The position numbers were made by a program, and so were the translations under genes. From positions 1 through 64,000 of the forward strand of contig JBILLK010000022.1 of NCBI GenBank assembly GCA_044376115.1: 64,000 nucleotides of DNA. Reading direction: 5' to 3'. Origin of the DNA: Polyangiaceae bacterium (GTDB lineage: Bacteria; Myxococcota_A; Polyangia; Polyangiales; Polyangiaceae). Below, one piece after another: positions 30,090 to 39,365 of this stretch (its first letter is position 1; each line of letters begins with the position of its first letter). The notes beneath the pieces are model-generated. The model was not told the origin of the DNA. It saw nothing but the letters and a program-made list of their open reading frames with translations, and searched no databases.

Positions 30090-31016
30090 ATGTCGGGACG
30101 GCTACTCGACGATGATCCAGACGCAACGATGGTTGCGAGCATGGGGGAGCTCGAATCTGAGCTCAAAAAGCGGCGTACAAGAGACCGCGCGAGTATCGTC
30201 GTGCTAGCTGGTACCAACGTCGGCGAGATGTATCGGGTCGAGACCATCGAGATGGTCATTGGTCGTGCATCCAACGCCTCGGTGCGGCTCTCCGATGACG
30301 GTATCTCGCGGCGCCACGCTCGCATCGTTGAAGAGGGCGGCACGCACTACCTGGAAGACTTGGGTAGCGCCAACGGCACAATGGTGAACGGGCTGCGGAT
30401 CGGCGCCCGTCACAAGCTCGAGGACGGCGACAAGATTCGTCTTGGCCCCGCGACGATCCTCAAGTTCGGCTACACCGACGACATCGAAGAGAGCTTCACC
30501 GAGCGCATGATCAACGCCGCCATGCGGGACGGCATGACCGGCGCGTTCAACAAGAAGTTCTTTTTGGACCGCCTGGACAGCGAGCTTTCCTATGCACGCC
30601 GACATCAGTTCGATCTGAGCTTGCTGCTCTTCGACGTGGACTTCTTCAAACGAATCAACGACGGCTACGGGCACCTCGCCGGCGACAACGTGCTGAAGAA
30701 GTTGGCGCAAGTAACCATGGCCGCCCTCCGAACCGAGGACATCTTCTCTCGCTACGGCGGTGAGGAGTTCGCGATCTTGTGCCGCGGCGTGAAGCTTCAG
30801 CACGCTGGCGTCCTCGGAGAACGGCTCCGCAGCTCGGTTGAAACCAGCATCTTCGAACACGAGGGTCGCAACCTACCGGTGACCATCTCGATCGGTGTGG
30901 CTGCCTACCCGAACTGTCCGGTGGAGACGCCGTCCCAGTTGATCGCCGCTGCGGATGAAGCGTTGTATGAAGCAAAGCGCTGCGGTCGCAACCGCGTGCT
31001 GCTCAAGCAAGGCTGA
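30090..31016 (+). CDS. FHA-domain diguanylate cyclase
   Basis: FHA GR...SRRHA...SANGT; DFFKRINDGYGH; RYGGEEF. Confidence 0.93.
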   Translation: MSGRLLDDDPDATMVASMGELESELKKRRTRDRASIVVLAGTNVGEMYRVETIEMVIGRASNASVRLSDDGISRRHARIVEEGGTHYLEDLGSANGTMVNGLRIGARHKLEDGDKIRLGPATILKFGYTDDIEESFTERMINAAMRDGMTGAFNKKFFLDRLDSELSYARRHQFDLSLLLFDVDFFKRINDGYGHLAGDNVLKKLAQVTMAALRTEDIFSRYGGEEFAILCRGVKLQHAGVLGERLRSSVETSIFEHEGRNLPVTISIGVAAYPNCPVETPSQLIAAADEALYEAKRCGRNRVLLKQG

Positions 31017-31119
31017 TCGCCTCCTATCGAAGGCTGAGACAAACGAACGAAGGCGAGCCGACTGGCCCACCTTTTCTCTTTTTTCGTTTCGCTGTTGCCG
31101 GCGTATGCGGCGTGAATGG

Positions 31120-31497
31120 CTACTCGATCTTGAGCAGCTCTTTCACTTTGGCGATCACTTGAGGCGCCTGGATCGGCTTGGTGATGTAGGCGTTGGCGCT
31201 CAGCTGAAGAGCCCGCTGCCGGTCCTCCTGGGAGCCCTCGGTGGTGATGATGATGATCGGCGTGTCTTTATGCACCGGATCACTGCGCACCCGCTTCACC
31301 AACTTCAACCCATCCATGATGGGCATGTTGATGTCCGTGATGATGATGTCGAACTTCTGCTGGGCGAGCTTGCGCAGACCGTCTACGCCGTCATCCGCTT
31401 CAGTGACTTTGAGACCTTTGACGCGTGCGAGCGCAAAGACGAGAAGCTGCCGCATCATCGGCGAGTCTTCTACGATTAGACAGGAATACTCGGCCAT
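31120..31497 (-). CDS. CheY-like single-domain response regulator
   Basis: VEDS, TDINMPIMDG, TT, YITKP. Confidence 0.92.
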   Translation of the reverse strand: MAEYSCLIVEDSPMMRQLLVFALARVKGLKVTEADDGVDGLRKLAQQKFDIIITDINMPIMDGLKLVKRVRSDPVHKDTPIIIITTEGSQEDRQRALQLSANAYITKPIQAPQVIAKVKELLKIE

Positions 31498-31503
31498 TCT
31501 CGT

Positions 31504-32370
31504 TCAGTCCTCTTGGTCGATGAAGGCCTGAATTCCAGGCGCCTTCCGCCCTGCCTGATTGAACAGGTAAGCGTGGACGATCGCCGGAGCGGCCTGTGTC
31601 GAGAGAAGTTTAAAGAGCTCGTAGTCAGCCTGATCGAACTCGGTCTTTTGGGGCAGTGTGCGGAATACGCAAACAGCGCCCAACTTCTGCGCTCCCATGT
31701 GCAAGGGAATGATGGCAGCAGGCCGGCTCGTCGTGCCGTCCGCTGGGCTCGCTGTGCGCTCAACCCAGATTTGGCCCTTTCGATAGGGCTCCCACTGGGC
31801 GCTCTCGTCGACCAAAACTTCACGGGCCTCACGCACCGTCAAGCCCTCGACCGAGATGGGCACCAACACCAACGGGTCCTCGTCGGACCAGTAAACGGCG
31901 AACTGAGCGGCACCCAAGAACTGCGCCAAGAGCTCGCGGACCGACTTGAAAGCCCGCCGAATCGAGGTGCTCGCGTGCAACTGAAGGTTGGCGACATGGA
32001 GCGTGCCCATATGGGCGAGCTCATTCTCAAGCTCCGCGAAGCGCCGTGCGAACTCAGCCTGCGGGGCATCCGGGCGCATCGACTCGTGAATCAACTTCCG
32101 TTGATCCGCCTCGAGCTCCTCAATTTTCCGCAAGAGGTCGCGAATGGCGCCGTCGCTGGCTAGCTGGGCGCGCAGCCGAACGTTGTCACCCTCGAGCTCG
32201 GTGACTTGGTGTCGCAGCCGCTCGATGTCGCTGAGCAGCTCCTCCGAGATCTGGGCACCGCGCCGGAAGAACTGCTGGATGAAGGTGTCTCGCTCGCGCT
32301 TTAGGTCCTCCGGCGGTGGATCACTTCTCACGCCGCTTCGGCCCTCAGGACTTTTCGCCGACTCCGTCAT
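31504..32370 (-). CDS. Coiled-coil plus GAF-domain protein
   Basis: N-terminal heptads; C-terminal AAIIPL...LGAV...FDQADYELFKLLSTQAAPAI. Confidence 0.75.
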   Translation of the reverse strand: MTESAKSPEGRSGVRSDPPPEDLKRERDTFIQQFFRRGAQISEELLSDIERLRHQVTELEGDNVRLRAQLASDGAIRDLLRKIEELEADQRKLIHESMRPDAPQAEFARRFAELENELAHMGTLHVANLQLHASTSIRRAFKSVRELLAQFLGAAQFAVYWSDEDPLVLVPISVEGLTVREAREVLVDESAQWEPYRKGQIWVERTASPADGTTSRPAAIIPLHMGAQKLGAVCVFRTLPQKTEFDQADYELFKLLSTQAAPAIVHAYLFNQAGRKAPGIQAFIDQED

Positions 32371-32425
32371 CGAGGAGCCACGCTACCAGGGGATCGTGGA
32401 TTTTGGGAATCCGCTTTCTTAGCAA

Positions 32426-33526
32426 TCACTTCTGTTTCTTTTTCTTTGCGGACTTCTGCCTGTCCCCGAGCTCCGCCCAACGCGAAAGGTTGGGCCCAAG
32501 CAGTGGCCCGACGGCGCGCAACTCCGCCAAACTCCGAACACCCACGAGCAACATGACTGCAACGAGCTCCGTGTGTACCTGGCGGATGAAGGCCCGAGCT
32601 GCATCAGGCCCGCCTGCAGTCAGGGCCTGCAACACCGGCCTTGCGATGCCGGCAGCCGAGGCCCCGAGCGCGATGGCCCGCGCAACATCGAGGCCCGACT
32701 GAAGACCGCCGGTCGCGATGATCGTCTCGAAGCGCGGCTTTGCCCTGGCTGCGAAGAGAATGCTCGCCGCCGTTGGAATCCCCCAATCGCGCAACAACCG
32801 ACCAAGCTCTTTGCGCGGCCCCTCGGCTCGCGCCATTTCCACCGCGACCCACGAGGTGCCACCAGCGCCCGAGACATCGATGTGCTTCACCCCCGTCTTG
32901 GCGATCTTGGCGGCAGCCTTGGGCCCGATACCGCAACCAGTTTCCTTGGCAAGAACCGGGACGGAGAGCTCGCGTTGCATGCGCTCGAGGACGGCCAATA
33001 CACCGCTGAAGTCTCGGTCGCCTTCGGGCTGCACGATTTCCTGAGCCGGGTTCAGATGCAGACACAGGGCGTCCGCACCCACGCGGTCGACCAAGTCTTG
33101 GATGGCGCTCACGCCCGAAACCGCTGCTTGGACCGCGCCAATGTTGCCGAGCAACAGCACGTTCTTCGCCACCGAACGGACGTCGTAGGTGGTGTCCTTT
33201 TCGGCGCCATGGCGCAGCATCGGACGCTGGCTACCAAGCCCGATACCGATGCCCTCCTCCTCAGCGATCCTCGCTAGTTCCAGGTTGATCGAGCGTGCCT
33301 TGTCTGTGCCGCCCGTCATCGAAGCGATCAGGATGGGAGCCGCGAGTCGCTTTCCAAAAAGGGTGGTGGAGGTATCAATCTCGGCGACGGCGAGCTCCGG
33401 CACCGAGTCATGGAAGAACTCCACTTCCTCGAGCAATGTCGTCTTGTCGCGAAAGCCCACATCGCCCGTCGCGCAAAGGTCAATGTGATCTGCCTTTCGC
33501 TGAGCAATATCCACCGGATCGGTCAT
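32426..33526 (-). CDS. fni: Type 2 (FMN-dependent) isopentenyl-diphosphate isomerase
   Basis: RKADHI, SMTGG, GSQR, HLNPAQE, KETGCG, GAGGTSW, WGIPT. Confidence 0.95.
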   Translation of the reverse strand: MTDPVDIAQRKADHIDLCATGDVGFRDKTTLLEEVEFFHDSVPELAVAEIDTSTTLFGKRLAAPILIASMTGGTDKARSINLELARIAEEEGIGIGLGSQRPMLRHGAEKDTTYDVRSVAKNVLLLGNIGAVQAAVSGVSAIQDLVDRVGADALCLHLNPAQEIVQPEGDRDFSGVLAVLERMQRELSVPVLAKETGCGIGPKAAAKIAKTGVKHIDVSGAGGTSWVAVEMARAEGPRKELGRLLRDWGIPTAASILFAARAKPRFETIIATGGLQSGLDVARAIALGASAAGIARPVLQALTAGGPDAARAFIRQVHTELVAVMLLVGVRSLAELRAVGPLLGPNLSRWAELGDRQKSAKKKKQK

Positions 33527-33583
33527 GGGCCCCCCATCGCACCGCACGTTCCATGAAGCAAGCTGCCGATGTATGCTCGGGGG

Positions 33584-34564
33584 ATGGAATTCCCGTGGCA
33601 AAAAGAGCACGCCACTTGGCTGTTCGAGCGTGCTGGTCTGCTTGCGGCAGCGGGTGCCGAGCCGGTGGGGCCGTTGGTCCTCCCCACCTCAAGTTTTTTT
33701 CCGGACAAAGTCGACGGTAGCCCCGAGGGTTTCGGCAGGCTGTTCGACCGTCTCAAGCAACACGTTGGGTTCTCGGATGTGGCCACCAACCTCTTGCTGG
33801 TGGACCCCGACGCCAACGAGGTCGTGTCGTCCTGTTCCTCCGGTGGCTGTGGCAGCGGCCTCAAGACCTGGAACGGCAAGCGCGTGGAGACTGACGGGGA
33901 CGGCTATACGGTGCATTTAGCGGTGCCGGAGCTCAAGCACCCGACGGTGGTCACCACTGTTCTGGCGCGCGCGTTGGGCGAGATTTTCTTGTTCGAGGCG
34001 GACGTCGCCGCGGGTGGTAAGGAACGAGGCGCAATCGCGGATCTGGCCGCTTCCATGCTTGGGTTGGCGGTGCTTGTCGCCAATGGTTCGGGCATCGAGG
34101 TCAAAGGCTGCGGCGGGATCAAGGTGCAGAGCGTGACCACCCTCTCGGGGCCGCTTGCCACGCTCGCCGTTGCGGTCGTTCAACGTCGGGACATGTTGCG
34201 CAAGCCGGCGGAAACGGAGCCGCTCGAGAGCCATCTCGACAACGTGGCACGCGGACAATTCGCGATGGCGAAGGCGTTCGCGCGAGCCAACGACGATGTG
34301 ATCCGTCGCTTGGACGACGCACCGCTCACGCTCGCTCAGGGGAAGTTCTCGCTACGTGAACCACGCACCAGCGTGGCCGATCGACTGCGAGCCGTGCTCG
34401 GCTTCAAACCGACCTCCGACGATCCGATCGTTGCGCTGGAAGAGGAGCTGCGAACGCGCGCCGAAGCTCCCCGTCTTGCAACCTCAGGCAAGCCCGCGCG
34501 CAAGCGCCGAGCCGATGCCGACGAAATTCGCGCGCTTGTCGACGAGAGTTTCAGTGAGCGGTAG
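33584..34564 (+). CDS. Conserved hypothetical protein
   Basis: ORF overlapping the argH start; LVLPT..FFPD, SSCSSGGCG and KGCGG motifs. Confidence 0.65.
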   Translation: MEFPWQKEHATWLFERAGLLAAAGAEPVGPLVLPTSSFFPDKVDGSPEGFGRLFDRLKQHVGFSDVATNLLLVDPDANEVVSSCSSGGCGSGLKTWNGKRVETDGDGYTVHLAVPELKHPTVVTTVLARALGEIFLFEADVAAGGKERGAIADLAASMLGLAVLVANGSGIEVKGCGGIKVQSVTTLSGPLATLAVAVVQRRDMLRKPAETEPLESHLDNVARGQFAMAKAFARANDDVIRRLDDAPLTLAQGKFSLREPRTSVADRLRAVLGFKPTSDDPIVALEEELRTRAEAPRLATSGKPARKRRADADEIRALVDESFSER

Positions 34565-35954
34565 CCCCACCAAATCAGCCGGCAGCAGCGGACAACTCTG
34601 GAGCAAGGGCAAGGCGCCAGACGCCGAGATGCTCCGCTACACCGCGCGCGACGACTACATGCTCGACGTCGAGCTGCTCCCCTTCGACATTCGCGCGTCG
34701 ATCGCACACGTGCACGCGCTCGCCCGCATCGGCGCACTGGAGGCTGAGCAAGCTGAACGGATCGCCTCGTGTTTGGCGGAGCTCTTACTGGAGGCCGAGG
34801 CTGGCACCTTCACCATCGCGAAAGAGCATGAAGACGGCCACACGGCGATCGAGGTGGAGCTCACCAAGAGGCTCGGAGAAACCGGCAAGCGCGTGCACCT
34901 CGGGCGCAGCCGCAACGACCAAGTGCTTACGGCCATGCGGCTGTACGAGAAGCACGCGCTGACGACCTTGGCCGGGTTGAGTTCGAGCTGCGCAGGCGCA
35001 ATGCTGAGCCTCGCAGAAGCAAATGCCGACGTACTGATGCCTGGCTATACGCATCTGCAACGCGCGATGCCGCAAACGGTTGGGCACTGGGCAGCGGCGT
35101 TCGCTGAGGGCTTCCTGGACGCGGCGAACGTATTGGATCGGGCCTGCGAGACCTGCGACAAGAGCCCGCTCGGCGCGGCTGCCGGATACGGAGTGAATCT
35201 ACCGCTCGATCGCGACGGCGCTGCCGCAGAACTCGAGTTCGCCGCGCTCGACCTCAACCCGCTTTGGTCCCAGACTTCACGCGGGCTGAGCGAGGTCGTG
35301 CTGCTCGCTGCGGCCTGGCACGCGATGGCAGTCGTGCGACGTTTGGCGTGGGACCTGAGCCTGTTCACCACCTCCGAGTTCGGCTTCGTGGAGCTACCGG
35401 ACGACTTCACCACCGGCTCGTCGATCATGCCGCAGAAGCGCAACCCCGATGTGGTTGAGCTGATGCGCGGGGCGTGTGCCGTCGTTCAAGGCGCGCTGAA
35501 TGAGGTGATGGGCATTGTCGCGTTGCCCTCGGGCTACCACCGGGACCTGCAGCTTACGAAGGCGCCGGTCATCCGCGCGTTGCGTGAGACGCAGGCGACC
35601 CTGGCGCTCGTGCCCGCGCTCGTAACGCGGCTGCAATTCAAGCCAGACGCGATGGCCCGAGCGGTCTCCCCAGAAATGCTGGCCACAGACCGCGCGGTCA
35701 ATCTGGCCAAGGATGGGATGGCGTTCCGTGACGCCTACAAGATCGTCGGTACCGAGGTGCTCCAAGCGCTCGCCGCTCGAAAGCCGCCCGCTCCGCCGCT
35801 GACGGAGGACGTCGAAGCAGGAAGGGCCAGCGTCAGCGCAAGGGTTTCGCCAGGCGCACCAGGGGCGTTGCAACTCGACGTGCTGAGCAAGCGGCTCGCG
35901 CAACGAGAAGCCGCCCTCGAGCAGCGGGAGTCGACCAAGCGTGAGCGACGATGA
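34554..35954 (+). CDS. argH: Argininosuccinate lyase
   Basis: GRSRNDQ, MPGYTHLQRA, GSSIMPQKRNPD, GYHRDLQ. Confidence 0.95.
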   Translation: MSGSPTKSAGSSGQLWSKGKAPDAEMLRYTARDDYMLDVELLPFDIRASIAHVHALARIGALEAEQAERIASCLAELLLEAEAGTFTIAKEHEDGHTAIEVELTKRLGETGKRVHLGRSRNDQVLTAMRLYEKHALTTLAGLSSSCAGAMLSLAEANADVLMPGYTHLQRAMPQTVGHWAAAFAEGFLDAANVLDRACETCDKSPLGAAAGYGVNLPLDRDGAAAELEFAALDLNPLWSQTSRGLSEVVLLAAAWHAMAVVRRLAWDLSLFTTSEFGFVELPDDFTTGSSIMPQKRNPDVVELMRGACAVVQGALNEVMGIVALPSGYHRDLQLTKAPVIRALRETQATLALVPALVTRLQFKPDAMARAVSPEMLATDRAVNLAKDGMAFRDAYKIVGTEVLQALAARKPPAPPLTEDVEAGRASVSARVSPGAPGALQLDVLSKRLAQREAALEQRESTKRERR

Positions 35955-36198
35955 CGCGAAGACGCTGCCTCGCGCCCAGGCGGCGCCACACGCCACGATG
36001 GCCACCATCGTGGATGGCTCCACAGGCACGCGAGCACGCGTCCCCATCGTCGGCTTTGATGAGGTTTTCGTAAGCGTCGATGCAGTTGGCGAGGTCAAGC
36101 GCTTCAGTCGTCAGACGGGATTTGAGATCCCGCCCGGCGGGAGTTGGAGCGCATGGCGACTGGCTGGAAGAGATCTGCGCCGATGGCGCGTTGGCTGA
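35941..36198 (+). CDS. Small hypothetical protein
   Basis: 85-aa ORF filling the gap between argH and pilT, overlapping the argH stop. Confidence 0.5.
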   Translation: MSDDDAKTLPRAQAAPHATMATIVDGSTGTRARVPIVGFDEVFVSVDAVGEVKRFSRQTGFEIPPGGSWSAWRLAGRDLRRWRVG

Positions 36199-36229
36199 GT
36201 GGATCGCGCGATGAGGGGGGAATTGGGCT

Positions 36230-38293
36230 TTGGTTCTACGTGACATTCTCAAACAAGTAGATCCCGACGGCTACGCCACAGTCGAGCTGATGAGCGGCAG
36301 GGCGCCTCGGGTCGTCAAAGGCGACGTCGTGCTGAACCTGTCGCGGGACGCGCTGACAGACGATGAAGTGCTGGAACTATGCGCGCACGCCGGAGCTGGC
36401 CCCATCGTCGACCGAGTCGGATCACGTCCCGAGAGCTGGACGTTTCAAGGAGTGCGCGGGATCTGTGTCGGGACCTTGATGCAAAAAGGGCGCGAGGTAC
36501 TTGCGACCTTCACCGCGCAGAAGCGTGGCAAGGCGGAAGAGCCTGTAAAGCGGCCGTCATCGCCTCGTCTAACGGCCCAACGCGCCGAGGCGAGCGCGGC
36601 AGCCAAGCCCGCCGCGGTCCGCCGTGACTCAAAACCAGCGCGTGCAGCTGAGCGACCGAGTCGCTCCTCGCTTCCGCCCGCGAAACGCACCGCCACCACT
36701 GCACGAGGAATGAGTGGGACCACGCAACCGCCGGCCAACAACGAGCGACCTTCTGCTCGCGCGACGGCACGCCCCGTGGACCCGGCGGCGTGGAACGATC
36801 GCGTCACCCAGCCGGTCGCGCCCCAACTTTCGCCCTCGACTCGCGACGGCAAAACAAAGTCGGATCAGCCACGCGCCAAACTCGCAGAGTCGTTGGCTAC
36901 CGAAACCGACCGGCTTGCAACACAACGGCAAGCCGCAGTGGCGCCTCCACCTGCAAGGCCAGCCGAGGTTGCGGCGCCAGCCCCTCCACCACCTGCCCCT
37001 GCCTCTCGTCCTCACGCCGAGCAACGTCCACAACCCCTTCCGCCCCAGCCTGCTCGCAATGATTTGGAGGCTGGGTCGGTAGCCCAAGCCCAGCCGCAGC
37101 CTGCAGCCAACAAAGCGGCCGGCAAGCTCGTGCTCGACGTAGTGCTCGCGAAGTACCTGAACGAAGCGAGGCGCCAGCATGCTTCGGATCTGCACCTTTC
37201 GGTCGGTACGCGGCCCGAAGCGCGTTTGGGGTCTGGGCTTACCGCGTTGGCGAGTGAACCGTTGAGTGCGGCGGCCATGGACCGCATGCTCGACGGCCTG
37301 CTCAGTGGCGCTAGCCGCACTGAGTTCGAGCAGTCGGGGGCGGCTTGCTTCGCCGTTTCGGTCGAAGGGCTTCGCCTTCGCGTCAACGCCTCCGAGACGT
37401 TGGGAGGAAAGAAGATCGCCGTGCGTTTGCTCGATGAAACTGCACGCGACGTCACAGATTTGGGCCTACCGGCGGAGGTGGAGCAAGCCGTGTCGCACCA
37501 CCAGGGGCTGGTGCTCGTGACCGGCCCAGCCGGCCATGGCAAGACCACCACGCTCGCGGCGCTGGTCGAGTTGGTCAATAGCACCCGCGCCTGCCACATC
37601 ATCAGCGTGGAGGATCCGGTGGAGATCTTGCTCCCGTCGAAGCGCGCGATGGTCTCTCAACGCGAAGTCCATACGCACACGAAGAGCTTCGAGCGGGCGC
37701 TCAAAGGCGCGCTACGCCAAGATCCCGACGTGATCGTGGTTGGGGAGCTGCGAGATGCGACCACCGTGAGGATGGCACTGTCAGCGAGTGAGACCGGTCA
37801 CTTGGTGATTGGCACGATGAATACGCCCAGCACAACCTCCACGATCGATCGCTTGATCGACCTGTTTCCTCCGAGCGACCAGCCGCAGGTGCGCGCGACG
37901 CTCTCGGCGGGGCTCCGCCTCGTGCTCAACCAGCGCTTGGTCCCGCGCGCTGGAGGCGGACGACGCGTCGCCGTATGCGAACTGCTGCCGGGTTCGCTTG
38001 CGCTCTCCAACCTGATCCGCGAGGACAAGCTGTACCAGCTTTCGAGCTTGATGCAGCGCGGTCGTGGCGCGGGCATCCTGCGCATGGCCGAGAGTGCGAG
38101 TGAGCTCGTTCGCGCCGGGCTCGTGCGCAAGGAGGACATCGAGCACCTACTGCCGCGCGAGCGGGAAGTGCCACCTCCGGAGCCATCGCACGCGGAGCCT
38201 CCTCCGCTCAACGAGCCAGATAGCGAGCCGCCCGACGGGCTAGGTGGGCTACTCACGCGGGCGGGCAACATGTTTCGTCGAGGTGGCCAATGA
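36230..38293 (+). CDS. pilT: PilT/PilU-family ATPase with a long N-terminal extension
   Basis: ASDLHL, GPAGHGKT, EDPVE, QREV, LRQDPDVIVVGELRD, ALSNLIRE. Confidence 0.85.
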   Translation: MVLRDILKQVDPDGYATVELMSGRAPRVVKGDVVLNLSRDALTDDEVLELCAHAGAGPIVDRVGSRPESWTFQGVRGICVGTLMQKGREVLATFTAQKRGKAEEPVKRPSSPRLTAQRAEASAAAKPAAVRRDSKPARAAERPSRSSLPPAKRTATTARGMSGTTQPPANNERPSARATARPVDPAAWNDRVTQPVAPQLSPSTRDGKTKSDQPRAKLAESLATETDRLATQRQAAVAPPPARPAEVAAPAPPPPAPASRPHAEQRPQPLPPQPARNDLEAGSVAQAQPQPAANKAAGKLVLDVVLAKYLNEARRQHASDLHLSVGTRPEARLGSGLTALASEPLSAAAMDRMLDGLLSGASRTEFEQSGAACFAVSVEGLRLRVNASETLGGKKIAVRLLDETARDVTDLGLPAEVEQAVSHHQGLVLVTGPAGHGKTTTLAALVELVNSTRACHIISVEDPVEILLPSKRAMVSQREVHTHTKSFERALKGALRQDPDVIVVGELRDATTVRMALSASETGHLVIGTMNTPSTTSTIDRLIDLFPPSDQPQVRATLSAGLRLVLNQRLVPRAGGGRRVAVCELLPGSLALSNLIREDKLYQLSSLMQRGRGAGILRMAESASELVRAGLVRKEDIEHLLPREREVPPPEPSHAEPPPLNEPDSEPPDGLGGLLTRAGNMFRRGGQ

Positions 38294-39354
38294 CACCCAT
38301 GGCCGAACTGTTTGATGCGTTGCTCGCGCGCAAGGGCAGCGACTTGCACCTCGGGGTGGGCAAACCGCCGCTCGCAAGGATCCGTGGGGAGCTCACGGCG
38401 CTACGCACCTCGAGCTGCACGCCGCTCGAGATCGAGAACTGGCTGTTCAGCATCATTGATGCGCCCACGCGCGTGAAGCTCGAGGCCGAGAACGATCTCG
38501 ACTTTGCCTACGCGCACGGAGACAAAGCGCGGTTCCGCGCGAGCTACTTTCGCAAGACCACCGGATTTGGCGCGGTCTTTCGCGTCATCCCGAGCAAGGT
38601 CGCGTCGCTCACGGATCTCGGCGCGCCAGCCGTACTCACGGCGATCGCCAACGAGCAACGCGGGCTGGTGCTGGTCACCGGCCCCACCGGCTCAGGCAAG
38701 AGCACGACGCTCGCCGCGATGATTCGGCACATCAACGAAACGCGGGCCTGCCACATCCTGACCATCGAGGACCCGATCGAGTTCGTGCATTCATCGCTGA
38801 AGGCCCGCATCACCCAACGCGAAGTCGGAAAGCATGCTCCGGATTTTCAGACGGCGATGAAGAACGCCGGGCGCGAGGACGCTGAAGTGATCTTGGTCGG
38901 TGAACTTCGCAACGCCGAAACCATGGCGCTCGCGTTGCGGCTGGCGAGCTTTGGCGTCTTGGTGTTTGCCACCGTTCACACGAACAGCGCACCGGCCACC
39001 ATCGACCGCTTCGTGAACGCCTTCCCCGCGGAGGACCAGCCGATGATTCGAGGGCTGCTCGCCGAGAGCTTGGTGGCCATCGTTGCGCAGGAGCTGATCC
39101 CCGCAGCAGACGGTAAGGGTCGGGCCGCCGCGCACGAGATCCTGCGTTCGAATAGCGGACTTGCGGCGATGATCCGCGACGGCAAAACGCACCAAATTGC
39201 GAACATCATGCAAGCCGGCGGGCAAGCCGGCATGCAGACGATGGATATGGCGCTAGCAGGCTTGGTGAAGGCCGGGCTGCTGAAAAGCGAGGACGCGCTG
39301 GCACGCGGCCGAGACAAAGAAGCGCTCGCCAGAATGCTGGGGCGCTTGGTCTAG
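38290..39354 (+). CDS. pilT: PilT-family retraction ATPase
   Basis: GSDLHL, GPTGSGKST, EDPIE, VGELR, TVHT, GMQTMD. Confidence 0.9.
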   Translation: MTPMAELFDALLARKGSDLHLGVGKPPLARIRGELTALRTSSCTPLEIENWLFSIIDAPTRVKLEAENDLDFAYAHGDKARFRASYFRKTTGFGAVFRVIPSKVASLTDLGAPAVLTAIANEQRGLVLVTGPTGSGKSTTLAAMIRHINETRACHILTIEDPIEFVHSSLKARITQREVGKHAPDFQTAMKNAGREDAEVILVGELRNAETMALALRLASFGVLVFATVHTNSAPATIDRFVNAFPAEDQPMIRGLLAESLVAIVAQELIPAADGKGRAAAHEILRSNSGLAAMIRDGKTHQIANIMQAGGQAGMQTMDMALAGLVKAGLLKSEDALARGRDKEALARMLGRLV

Positions 39355-39365
39355 TTGCAGTCTCG

